Below are positions 7,411 to 15,102 of a stretch of DNA of 32,394 nt, piece by piece (the first letter of the stretch is position 1; each line of letters opens with the position of its first letter). The DNA is taken from positions 1-32,394 of the IMG/VR virus record IMGVR_UViG_3300010167_000008; one strand, written 5' to 3'. Under the pieces are notes generated by a model. That model made no database searches and had not been told where the DNA came from. It saw nothing but the letters and a program-made list of their open reading frames with translations. The translations under genes and the position numbers were made by a program. The DNA is from a virus.

Positions 7411-7651
7411 ATTTTAAAAGAAAACGTTTCTTTAAGTTTGAATTACAAACAGTTGTAGATTCTAAAATAGACTTTTCAAATGCTTTTATTGCTTTTTCTA
7501 TTATTTCTTCTTCGGAGAGTTCAACTGCTTTAATTGCATCTTTTTTAAGAATCGTTTCGATTGTGATTTTTTCATTGCTTAATATGTTTCCATTATAAGA
7601 AACAAATACTATCGCATTATCGATAAATTTACTTGCGTTTTTACTTTGCAT
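7388..7651 (-). CDS. Hypothetical protein (87 aa)
   Basis: ORF whose start shares one base with the RecT-like stop; AT-rich. Confidence 0.45.
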   Translation of the reverse strand: MQSKNASKFIDNAIVFVSYNGNILSNEKITIETILKKDAIKAVELSEEEIIEKAIKAFEKSILESTTVCNSNLKKRFLLKFDINGDN

Positions 7652-8577
7652 TAATCGAATGGGTGTTCTTCGGGTTCGGTTGTTACGGGTTCGGGTTCGG
7701 ATTTGAGCCCTGCAATAATTGCCTCTTTTTTTGGCGGCGGTGGTGTGTCCGCTTGCGCGGGTGGGTGTTGCGTTTCTTTCTTCGGTTCGGATACTTTGGT
7801 TAATACCTTGTTATCTTTGACCTCAACGTATTCAACGTCAATCGGTTTGCCTTCGTTTTCTTGCGAATAACCTGCAAACTCGTTCGGGAATGCTCGCTCA
7901 AACGCTTGCGCGAGTGCCACCTTGCAAATCATGAACGCGGGGCGCGTGAGCCATATCTCGTTCACTTCCTTGTCGGTGTACTTTCTAAGTTTGTCGTCCC
8001 AGTTGGTATTCTTTGCATTGTTGAAGCGGTTTTCCTCGAAAGATACTTCGCTGATTTCGTGGTGTTCCCAATCCTTGCGATATACCTCCGCCCATCCTGC
8101 AATGAGGATTTCCTTTGGCAGCAACCACTCGCCCGCACGACGAACGAGTTCGCCTTTGTCGGTTACAACGATGATTCCGTGTTTGCAGCCATTGTAGTTC
8201 GGGCTCATGGCAGCGCGGCGCATGGCAACCTCGTAGGATGGCATTAACACCACTTTTCCGCCTTTCTTTGTAATGGATACATCGCGGCTTGCGGGGTTGA
8301 GACCGAGAATTTGCGCGTCGATAAATACCTGCAATAATTCGCCATAATCCCAACAATTTTCGAAGTCTTTCTTCGCTTGGTGTGGCAACTCTGCCTCGCA
8401 GGATTTCCCCATATTTTTCAGAAAATCCTCCTTTGATGTAATGTCTTTCAAGCCAAAGAAGGCTCGCATGGTTATTCCGCATCTCTCCTTACAAAGTGCG
8501 GCGGCTTCCTGAGCCGTTGCAAGTGCAATCGCCTCTTGCATGGTTACTTTTTTGATTGCTTTGGTTTCGTCACTCAT
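7651..8577 (-). CDS. RecT/Bet-like single-strand annealing protein (308 aa)
   Basis: LGLNPASRDVSITKKGGKVVLMPSYEVAMRRA and WLTRPAFMICKVALAQAFERAFPNEF resemble the RecT-family core; Pro/Glu-rich acidic C-terminal tail ending EEHPFD. Confidence 0.6.
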   Translation of the reverse strand: MSDETKAIKKVTMQEAIALATAQEAAALCKERCGITMRAFFGLKDITSKEDFLKNMGKSCEAELPHQAKKDFENCWDYGELLQVFIDAQILGLNPASRDVSITKKGGKVVLMPSYEVAMRRAAMSPNYNGCKHGIIVVTDKGELVRRAGEWLLPKEILIAGWAEVYRKDWEHHEISEVSFEENRFNNAKNTNWDDKLRKYTDKEVNEIWLTRPAFMICKVALAQAFERAFPNEFAGYSQENEGKPIDVEYVEVKDNKVLTKVSEPKKETQHPPAQADTPPPPKKEAIIAGLKSEPEPVTTEPEEHPFD

Positions 8578-8746
8578 TTTCTTTTAAATTAAGTTGATAA
8601 TTTGTTTGTTGCAATAATGCTTCGAGGGCTTCTTTTTGGTAGTAACGGCGATTCTGGTCAATGGTTGCCCGCCATATTTCGTCGTCCAATTTTTTAATCA
8701 TCTCCTCGAGCGATTTCCGTTTGTGTTCATCGAGATTTGTTGCCAT
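8570..8746 (-). CDS. Small coiled-coil protein (58 aa; below the ORF-track cutoff)
   Basis: Hand translation gives MATNLDEHKRKSLEEMIKKLDDEIWRATIDQNRRYYQKEALEALLQQTNYQLNLKENE; its stop overlaps the RecT-like start (ATGAGTGA). Confidence 0.45.
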   Translation of the reverse strand: MATNLDEHKRKSLEEMIKKLDDEIWRATIDQNRRYYQKEALEALLQQTNYQLNLKENE

Positions 8747-8758
8747 ACTATAACGGTT

Positions 8759-8890
8759 TTAAAAGTGCAACGGATCCGCGAAACGGTTGGTAGGTTCGCT
8801 CGCAATGTAACATATTGAGCCGTGTTTGCGTTTGAATTTCAGCCACCTCTTTTGTTCTCGCAGGTGGTCGCGATAGTCTTCAAAGGTCAT
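8759..8890 (-). CDS. Small hypothetical protein (43 aa; alternative start at 8920)
   Basis: MTFEDYRDHLREQKRWLKFKRKHGSICYIASEPTNRFADPLHF; the longer track ORF (to 9205) would overlap 8880..9305 in another frame. Confidence 0.3.
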   Translation of the reverse strand: MTFEDYRDHLREQKRWLKFKRKHGSICYIASEPTNRFADPLHF

Positions 8891-9305
8891 TCCTTTGGGA
8901 CGGGAGGATAAAATAGTCATCGGGATTAAATTTTGGTTTGTACTTCTTTTCGTAAAAATCTTTAACTTTTTGGCACTTTTCAGCGTCTTGGAAGTTGTTG
9001 GTGTACTTCTTTGCCTTTCTGAATAGATCGTGGAACTCATGCAAGTTTTCGGACATTTCTTGCAGCCCTTTCCGTATGGCAGCCCATCGGGATAATTCGG
9101 CGAGCATCCGCTCATTTTCCATCTGAGCAATCTCGGGCGTGATATACTTTGTCTTCCGTTGTTGCGCCGCGTGTGCCGTCTGCAATTCACACCTGCCATT
9201 TGCACGGCATTCCCCGCAAGGTGTGAAGCAAGGGTGTTGCGAGTAGTTTGGGTTGCGGGGAAACACTACTCGTTCCATAGGATAATTCGCCGCTTGATTA
9301 GTCAT
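8880..9305 (-). CDS. Hypothetical protein with an N-terminal Cys cluster (141 aa)
   Basis: CFTPCGECRANGRC; ATGA overlap with the stop of the Rad50-like gene. Confidence 0.5.
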   Translation of the reverse strand: MTNQAANYPMERVVFPRNPNYSQHPCFTPCGECRANGRCELQTAHAAQQRKTKYITPEIAQMENERMLAELSRWAAIRKGLQEMSENLHEFHDLFRKAKKYTNNFQDAEKCQKVKDFYEKKYKPKFNPDDYFILPSQRNDL

Positions 9306-11233
9306 GACTCAATAATTAACGGGGAATTTTCTTTAACCCGTAACTCCACGAGGCACGGCAACAACGGCATATTCTTTTTCTCGCAGTTTTCGGCATTGTC
9401 GAAAAAGATAGGAAGGGCAACGGCGAAATGGTCTTGAAATCGTTGGCAGAGCATTGATAGTTTCGCATTTGCGCGGCTTGTATTTGGATTTTCAAACCCG
9501 TCAATCTTCATAATGGCAACCTCTTCGAAGCCCTCTTGCGTTATAAGTTTACGGAACAAAGTGATTTCAATTCCATCGGGAAGAAACTTGGAAATAGCGT
9601 CCTGACAATCAGTGCGATAATCGTTCTCAGCCTGCTCAATGGCAATCATTTGTCGCTCGTTCTCAATTAACGCCTTGCGCACCATTTCCGAACGGGCATC
9701 ATTTTTCGCAATCTGCTCGTCCGCCGTTGCATACCCATACGCAATCTCATCAGCCTTTTTGTCTTCGGATTGTAACTGCTCGATTTCGAGTTTGGCTGCT
9801 TGGATTTTTTCGCTGTTATTCACACCCTTGAAATCCGTGATGATTTTGGCTTGTAACTCCGCAATCCTCTTCGCCTTGTCGTCTTCCCACTTGCAAAGGT
9901 TGGCAGCGTTTTCGTCGTTGATAACCTGATTGTCGTGCGAAAACTGTTCACGGGCTTTCGCGTTGGTTTCGTTAATGGCAGCGTTACGGGCGGCGATTTC
10001 CTCGTTCTCCTTCTTTATTGCTTCGTTCTGCAATTCGATTGACTCGTTAAAAGTCTTGTCAAGGTTGCGCAATTCCGAACCTTGCTTTGTAACCGCGTCA
10101 ATCTCGGCAACAATGGCGGCTTTCCGCTCTTCAAGATTTTGCACCGATTTGTCAATCTCTTCCAATTTGGCAGCAATTTTCAGAGCGGCGTCAGCCTTGC
10201 TCGTATTGCGTTGAATTTCGGCGCAATCGGCATTCGTGCAGTACGGGCAAACCATACAGATGAAGTCCTCTTTATCGGCGGCGGCGGAGGTTACACTTGC
10301 AACCGTTTCTCGCTGTTTATTCCAATATGCAATCTTTTCATCGATGGCTTCGCGTTCTGCTACCTTCCCGCGATAAGTTACCAACAACCGCTCAATTTCG
10401 GGGTTCTTCTTGAGTTCAAGGTACATTTTAGGAGCCTCAATTTCGGCGGGCGTGAAAACGAGTTGCGGTTTGGGTGTAAACTTTTCGCCGTGAATATCTT
10501 GTATCTTTTCGCGGAGGCTTTGATTTTCCGCTAAAACATCGCTTGACACGGCGGCACGTTCTTCTTCATACATTTGCTCGATTTCTTTTTGAAGTGCGCT
10601 GATTCGGGCTGTATTGCGGTCGGTTTTTGGTTTTTCAGCGAAAGTCTCCCGCAAACTCTTTGATTTTATGTTCAACTCCTCCATTTCAGCCTTCTGCTCG
10701 TTGATTTCCTTGCGCAACACCGCTTTATTCGGAAGTTCGCGAATATAGTCAATCAGGTTCACGTTCACAATGGAGGAAATTATCTTGAGTTTATCCTTTT
10801 GCGCAAGGCTGATGAAATATTGCGGGTTTGTGAAAAGAGCAAGGTCGTAACCCTTGCAAGTATCCGCGATAGCGGCATTGTAGTCCGCCAACTTTACGGG
10901 CGTTTCGTTAAGAAAATATTCGCAGTTCAATTCGGTTTTTAACTTTTCGTCGTCCGTGCCGCGCTCGCGGGAATATAGTGGCTTTGCAGCCTTGCGGAAA
11001 ATCATGTCGTCCGTGTGGAAGGCAACTTCGGCAAATCGGTTGCCGTCCCTGTCTTCGTGGTTGTACACGTTGGACGATGTGAATTCTTTCATGTCGATAG
11101 AGCGTTGGTTCATACACCATAAAAAAGCATCTAAAATGGTGGTTTTTCCGCTCCCGTTTTCGCCGCTCACGGTGGCGGGGAATGCCACCGTGAGGTCGTG
11201 GTGTTTCTTGAATCTTTTAATTTCGATTTTCAT
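9302..11233 (-). CDS. Rad50/SbcC-like SMC-type ATPase with a zinc hook (643 aa)
   Basis: Walker A GENGSGKTT, long coiled-coil middle, mid-protein CPYC hook (aa 329-332, nt ~10238..10249), C-terminal Walker B-like LPIFFDNAE. Confidence 0.7.
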   Translation of the reverse strand: MKIEIKRFKKHHDLTVAFPATVSGENGSGKTTILDAFLWCMNQRSIDMKEFTSSNVYNHEDRDGNRFAEVAFHTDDMIFRKAAKPLYSRERGTDDEKLKTELNCEYFLNETPVKLADYNAAIADTCKGYDLALFTNPQYFISLAQKDKLKIISSIVNVNLIDYIRELPNKAVLRKEINEQKAEMEELNIKSKSLRETFAEKPKTDRNTARISALQKEIEQMYEEERAAVSSDVLAENQSLREKIQDIHGEKFTPKPQLVFTPAEIEAPKMYLELKKNPEIERLLVTYRGKVAEREAIDEKIAYWNKQRETVASVTSAAADKEDFICMVCPYCTNADCAEIQRNTSKADAALKIAAKLEEIDKSVQNLEERKAAIVAEIDAVTKQGSELRNLDKTFNESIELQNEAIKKENEEIAARNAAINETNAKAREQFSHDNQVINDENAANLCKWEDDKAKRIAELQAKIITDFKGVNNSEKIQAAKLEIEQLQSEDKKADEIAYGYATADEQIAKNDARSEMVRKALIENERQMIAIEQAENDYRTDCQDAISKFLPDGIEITLFRKLITQEGFEEVAIMKIDGFENPNTSRANAKLSMLCQRFQDHFAVALPIFFDNAENCEKKNMPLLPCLVELRVKENSPLIIES

Positions 11234-11315
11234 TGATTACTTTGGTGTTAAGATATTTTTGATACAAGTTGTAAAAAAATGCAGCACGGCGGATTTGAGA
11301 TTGATATTCTTCAAT

Positions 11316-11474
11316 TTATTTTTCTGCCTCTGCCTTGCGTTCCTCAGCGGAGGATAACATAGTTTTATAATCCCTGATTTTCTTTTGGGAATGGTACATG
11401 GCGTCGCTTATGAAAGCACTTTCTTCGGCTTCAATCTTATAGATGAGAGCGTCTAATGGTTCGGGTTGTTTCAT
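11316..11474 (-). CDS. Small hypothetical protein (52 aa; below the ORF-track cutoff)
   Basis: Hand translation gives MKQPEPLDALIYKIEAEESAFISDAMYHSQKKIRDYKTMLSSAEERKAEAEK; starts 1 nt after the stop of 11476..11733. Confidence 0.35.
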   Translation of the reverse strand: MKQPEPLDALIYKIEAEESAFISDAMYHSQKKIRDYKTMLSSAEERKAEAEK

Positions 11475-11475
11475 G

Positions 11476-11733
11476 TTAGTCAATGTTAGCGATTATGTCT
11501 TCTTTATTTTCGTATAAGTTCCACTCGTTAGCGGTTGATTCGTGTTTACAACCGTTGCGGTTGTCGGCGGTTATTACCTCATAGAGTACATGAGTATCAA
11601 TTTCCTCATTTCCGTCTCTTTGGCTTCGATTTTGGGTTTGGGTTTGGATTTTTTTCACAGTAACGCGAATAATACTGCAATGGTCTATTAAATAAACCTC
11701 TTGTCCGATGTTGAATTTTGTTTTAATGTCCAT
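11476..11733 (-). CDS. Hypothetical protein (85 aa)
   Basis: ORF on the coding strand within the early operon. Confidence 0.5.
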   Translation of the reverse strand: MDIKTKFNIGQEVYLIDHCSIIRVTVKKIQTQTQNRSQRDGNEEIDTHVLYEVITADNRNGCKHESTANEWNLYENKEDIIANID

Positions 11734-11754
11734 AATGTAATGAAATTTAATTTG

Positions 11755-12339
11755 TTAAACGTTATAATCTGAAATTGCAAGCGGCATAATAACCGCGATT
11801 GAATTTTGCCAACGGGGTTCGTCGGATGTGCAAACAATCGGAACTTTATCCCCTTTGAAGTTGTAGATGATTTTCTTGTGCGCAAAGGCGTCAATCAACG
11901 AGCGATAAATCTCTGAGTTGATTGCAACCCGTGTAACGCCATTTTCGCAACCCTCTTGAGGTTCGAGTTCTTTGGCATTTTTTATAAATTCGTCAATGTC
12001 GGGAAATTTCAGTTCGTCGCCCGAATAAAAGGCAAAGAATGCTCCTTTGATTCCTTTTGCGTTGGTACATTGAATTCCGTCCTCTTGGACGATAATAGAA
12101 TGACATCCGAGCATTGCTGCATAACTTTCGCCATGCAAGATTTTCCCGTCAAGGAGTGTAATTTGCTCCTCGCTGAGGTTGCAGATGTCAGTCAGGTAGT
12201 TTTTAATCGCGCAATGTGCGTCAGTTGCATACGCAAACCCACCCTTGAAATGAATGTAATTCATTGCGGGGCGAATTTCGTCTTTGAGACACGCCTTGTG
12301 CATTTTCACAGACGAGTAGAAGTTGATTTTTTTTGCCAT
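11755..12339 (-). CDS. Sliding-clamp (DnaN)-like domain protein (194 aa)
   Basis: EIRPAMNYIHFKGGFAYATDAHCAI resembles the DnaN domain-I RP...TD pattern; KFPDIDEFI resembles the clamp FPDY..VIP linker; C-terminal IAVIMPLAI. Weak, by eye. Confidence 0.4.
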   Translation of the reverse strand: MAKKINFYSSVKMHKACLKDEIRPAMNYIHFKGGFAYATDAHCAIKNYLTDICNLSEEQITLLDGKILHGESYAAMLGCHSIIVQEDGIQCTNAKGIKGAFFAFYSGDELKFPDIDEFIKNAKELEPQEGCENGVTRVAINSEIYRSLIDAFAHKKIIYNFKGDKVPIVCTSDEPRWQNSIAVIMPLAISDYNV

Positions 12340-12354
12340 AATGATAAAATTTTG

Positions 12355-12362
12355 GTTAATAG
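12355..12362 (-). promoter_or_regulatory. CTATTAAC motif (variant of TTATTAAC), 15 nt upstream of the ATG at 12339
   Basis: GTTAATAG on plus. Confidence 0.3.
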
Positions 12363-12366
12363 TTAA

Positions 12367-13242
12367 TTATAAGGAGTTTACATAATCCTTCAATTCTTGG
12401 ATATAGGTAACGCGCTCGCGTTCTTCTGTGTCTTTTAGTTCAAAAAACAAGTTTTCGTCAAACACGCTGTTAATTGCTTCCTCACACATGGATTGTATTT
12501 TTTCTGGGCGCACGGCGTCGAGTTCCACTTGTCCCAACCCATCCCAATTCGCTGTCCTGCTATCCGTAACCTTTGCAGGCGCGGGCGGCAACTTCCACTC
12601 GATAACTTGGTGCTCCATGAGCGAAATCCGTCTCACGTCCACGTCCACTCCGAGTTTCATGAGATTATCCTTGATTGCGCGTGGTATGTCCTCCCCACTT
12701 GGGTCATAGTCGCCAAAGTACAATATCACGGGTGTTTTTCCATGTCTCACGGCACGTTTGAAACGGCGGGATGCTTCATATAGAAACGTCAAAGAAGGAT
12801 AACCCTTGCAAGCCCCCAACCCGACGTCGTGTTTACTGCACACCTTGTCAAATACTCCCTCGAGTGCCTTTTTTTCAATAAATACCTCAGGATAAATCGG
12901 TTGATTTTCCCAACGGTTTTTTCTGTAAACCGTCATCCACAATCCGACCTGACGTTGTCCTTCGTCAATCTTGTCAGATAACACGGTTTCGTCGGCGTTG
13001 GTGTCGTTTGCCATTTCTCTATCCCTGTCGCAGAATGTATCAAAATCAACAAGCCCGTCCCACCTTGCAACGCCCATCGCCGCAACGACGCGGTCGTAGT
13101 GTTGTTGTGTGTTGGTCATGCCGATAGATACGAGTTGGTAGTGGAGTGCTCTGATTGTGAGCACTCCTTTTTCGTAGCGTTTGATAATCTCTAGGCTGTT
13201 CTCAATTATCCATTGTCTTGTAAATTGGTCTCTTGCTGCCAT
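12367..13242 (-). CDS. Spo11/Topoisomerase VI-A-like protein (5Y-CAP + Toprim), 291 aa
   Basis: R31-A-L-H-Y35 matches the R-x3-Y catalytic Tyr motif; Toprim Glu in VFIEKKALEGVF; KGYPS; DxD in ILYFGDYDPSGEDI; C-terminal GQVELDAV. Confidence 0.65.
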   Translation of the reverse strand: MAARDQFTRQWIIENSLEIIKRYEKGVLTIRALHYQLVSIGMTNTQQHYDRVVAAMGVARWDGLVDFDTFCDRDREMANDTNADETVLSDKIDEGQRQVGLWMTVYRKNRWENQPIYPEVFIEKKALEGVFDKVCSKHDVGLGACKGYPSLTFLYEASRRFKRAVRHGKTPVILYFGDYDPSGEDIPRAIKDNLMKLGVDVDVRRISLMEHQVIEWKLPPAPAKVTDSRTANWDGLGQVELDAVRPEKIQSMCEEAINSVFDENLFFELKDTEERERVTYIQELKDYVNSL

Positions 13243-13251
13243 AACTACCTC

Positions 13252-13686
13252 CTACCATTTAACCTCGAAGTCAGACTTCGACGTTTGATTTACAATTTCC
13301 ATTCCCAAATCTATCGCCTGCTTTGGCAACACGATATTCTCGGCGCGATACGCTTTCACTATTACTCTCTGAATGGCTTGAAGAGCATACCATTCTTCGC
13401 TCGTGTATGTTCCCCGCTTGATAGTCGGATAATAGTAGGAGCGGGCGTTTTTTGTGCAAAATCCTTTAAATGAACACTTGTAAGTACGGGCGGGCATTTC
13501 GGTCGATACTATCATCTCCTCGCCGTCAGGTGCTTGGAGGTCGAGTACAACCATTTTTTCGGGGATTGCTTCCCGCCTCACGAGTTCACTTTTTTTCCAA
13601 TCATTCGTGAAAATGATTGTGTTGGTAGCGTTTCCGCAACGTACTTCGTAGCGGGCATTTTTGTCGTTCAATTTGTTTTTTATCAT
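13252..13686 (-). CDS. Hypothetical protein (144 aa), first gene of the early operon
   Basis: ORF on the coding strand after the ~900-bp non-coding region. Confidence 0.55.
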   Translation of the reverse strand: MIKNKLNDKNARYEVRCGNATNTIIFTNDWKKSELVRREAIPEKMVVLDLQAPDGEEMIVSTEMPARTYKCSFKGFCTKNARSYYYPTIKRGTYTSEEWYALQAIQRVIVKAYRAENIVLPKQAIDLGMEIVNQTSKSDFEVKW

Positions 13687-13705
13687 AATGTACTGAAATT
13701 TTTTG

Positions 13706-13725
13706 GTTAATAATGTTGTTAATAA
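13706..13725 (-). promoter_or_regulatory. Two tandem TTATTAAC motifs (13706..13713 and 13718..13725) upstream of the ATG at 13686
   Basis: GTTAATAA twice on plus; the proximal copy is 19 nt from the ATG. Confidence 0.35.
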
Positions 13726-13740
13726 ATATACTATATAAGT

Positions 13741-13783
13741 GGCGGGCGGCGGTTGCGAGCCGCCATTGTGTTAAACGCCCGCC
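13741..13783 (-). other. GC-rich stem-loop with alternative pairings in the early-operon leader
   Basis: ggcgggcg (13741..13748) pairs with cgcccgcc (13776..13783); ggcgg (13748..13752) can instead pair with ccgcc (13760..13764). Confidence 0.45.
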
Positions 13784-14298
13784 GTTAATGTTTTATGTTG
13801 TCATCTATAAGTACTCGCGCCTTTTTTCCATCCGCTTTCGTTTTTTCGCAAAGTCTCAGATATTGTCGTTGAGGTTGGTAGTTTGAGAGTTCTTTGCTTC
13901 GAGGTTTATACTCCCCTCGCTCTGGAGGTTTTTAGTCGGTGGCTCCCGCCGTTCCGCTTTGGTGTTTTTTTCGCAGGTGTTCCCGTCCTGCATCAAAGAG
14001 CGCGTTTTTTTTGTGTTACTTTCGTTTAGTTTCACACCGCAAAAATAAAACTATTTCAATACAAAAATTTTTATCTCGCATTTTTTTTGCATTTTTTTTT
14101 GAAAATAATGTTAAGTTGTTGAAAATAAGCCGATAAAAATGTTTACTTAATAATCAAAGTTAATTAGGAACGTAAAGTGCTGATTATCGCAAAGATAAAC
14201 GATCTATCTCGCAGAGGTATAAACACACGAGAAAAAAAGAAGTGCCGTTAAATCGCACAAAATCGGCATTGTCGGGCAAATTGCTTTTCTTATAATAT

Positions 14299-14525
14299 CC
14301 ATATAATACACATTTAACAATAAAAATAACTATATAATATAATAATAATCAACAAGTTATGTTTTAGAATTATATAATTATATTGATCTTATATATACCT
14401 CTGATTTTTTGGTGTTTTTTATCGATTTTTCTGTTGTTCTCTTTATGCAGGTGTTTAACAATTTAACAAATCGCGTCAAACGCTGTACGGGTGCGGTTTC
14501 TCGCGGTTAAATACGTTGTTAAATG
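14299..14525. repeat. AT-rich intergenic element, copy B (227 bp), homologous to 777..1003; inverted repeat CATTTAACAA (14311..14320) / TTGTTAAATG (14516..14525)
   Basis: Same shared blocks as copy A: TTCTCTTTATGCA at 14437..14449, TTAACAAATCGC at 14463..14474, ACGTTGTTAAATG at 14513..14525. Confidence 0.8.
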
Positions 14526-14535
14526 TTAAATGAAC

Positions 14536-14558
14536 AAAAAAAAGCGGCACGGAGCCGC
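14536..14558 (-). terminator. Rho-independent terminator ending the late/accessory transcription unit
   Basis: Stem gcggc (14544..14548) / gccgc (14554..14558) with a 5-nt loop, followed in minus sense by eight U (A run 14536..14543); lies ~30 nt after the stop at 14591. Confidence 0.65.
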
Positions 14559-14590
14559 CATTTTCGAAAAAGTAAGTTTTTCGCAATTCA

Positions 14591-15085
14591 CTACAAACAG
14601 AAGTATTTTCTAACGTCGAATTTTCCGTCCTTGTCCTTGAGTTTGTTCAGCGCAAGGGCATGAATGAGGGGGAGCATTTCTCGGTCGTCTACCTCCTCCG
14701 CACGGTTGCGGCTGAATGTGAATAGTGCCAAAGTGGGAGCGTCGTCAGAATAAATCATTGAACACACGAGCCAAAGTGCATAACAGTTGTACACACTCTC
14801 CTCGTCTTTTTCAAGGTTCAAGGATTCGATGTGTTGTAAAAACTGAGAGTGATTCCACTTTGGAGCGGGCGTCATCGTTTGATATACTTTCTCGGCTTCC
14901 TCTTTGGTTACATATTGTTTCCAACCCATGCCCGACAACTTGTCGATAACACGTTTGGCAGCGTCGGAATACTTATCAGCACACCACGCAAACAAATCTT
15001 TGAAGGCACTGTCAAACAGCGTGTAATCGCTGTCTTTTTTGCGGGCTTTCATCAATTCATCAAATTTTTCAATATATTCCTTCAT
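14591..15085 (-). CDS. Hypothetical accessory protein (164 aa)
   Basis: Last ORF of the late unit, followed by the terminator. Confidence 0.55.
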   Translation of the reverse strand: MKEYIEKFDELMKARKKDSDYTLFDSAFKDLFAWCADKYSDAAKRVIDKLSGMGWKQYVTKEEAEKVYQTMTPAPKWNHSQFLQHIESLNLEKDEESVYNCYALWLVCSMIYSDDAPTLALFTFSRNRAEEVDDREMLPLIHALALNKLKDKDGKFDVRKYFCL

Positions 15086-15102
15086 AATAGATTGATTTTA
15101 AG

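Noticed and set aside
8759-9205. The 148-aa ORF overlapping 8880..9305 in another frame
   Set aside because: Most of it is an Arg/Ser/Thr-rich alternative-frame shadow of the 141-aa ORF. Only its last ~43 codons (8759..8890) fill an otherwise empty gap, and those were kept as a low-confidence small gene.
13687-14590. A tRNA, CRISPR array or integrase/attP in the long non-coding region
   Set aside because: I could not find a cloverleaf-compatible segment or a T-loop GTTCGAATC-type motif. There are no regularly spaced direct repeats, and no integrase or recombinase ORF anywhere in the genome.
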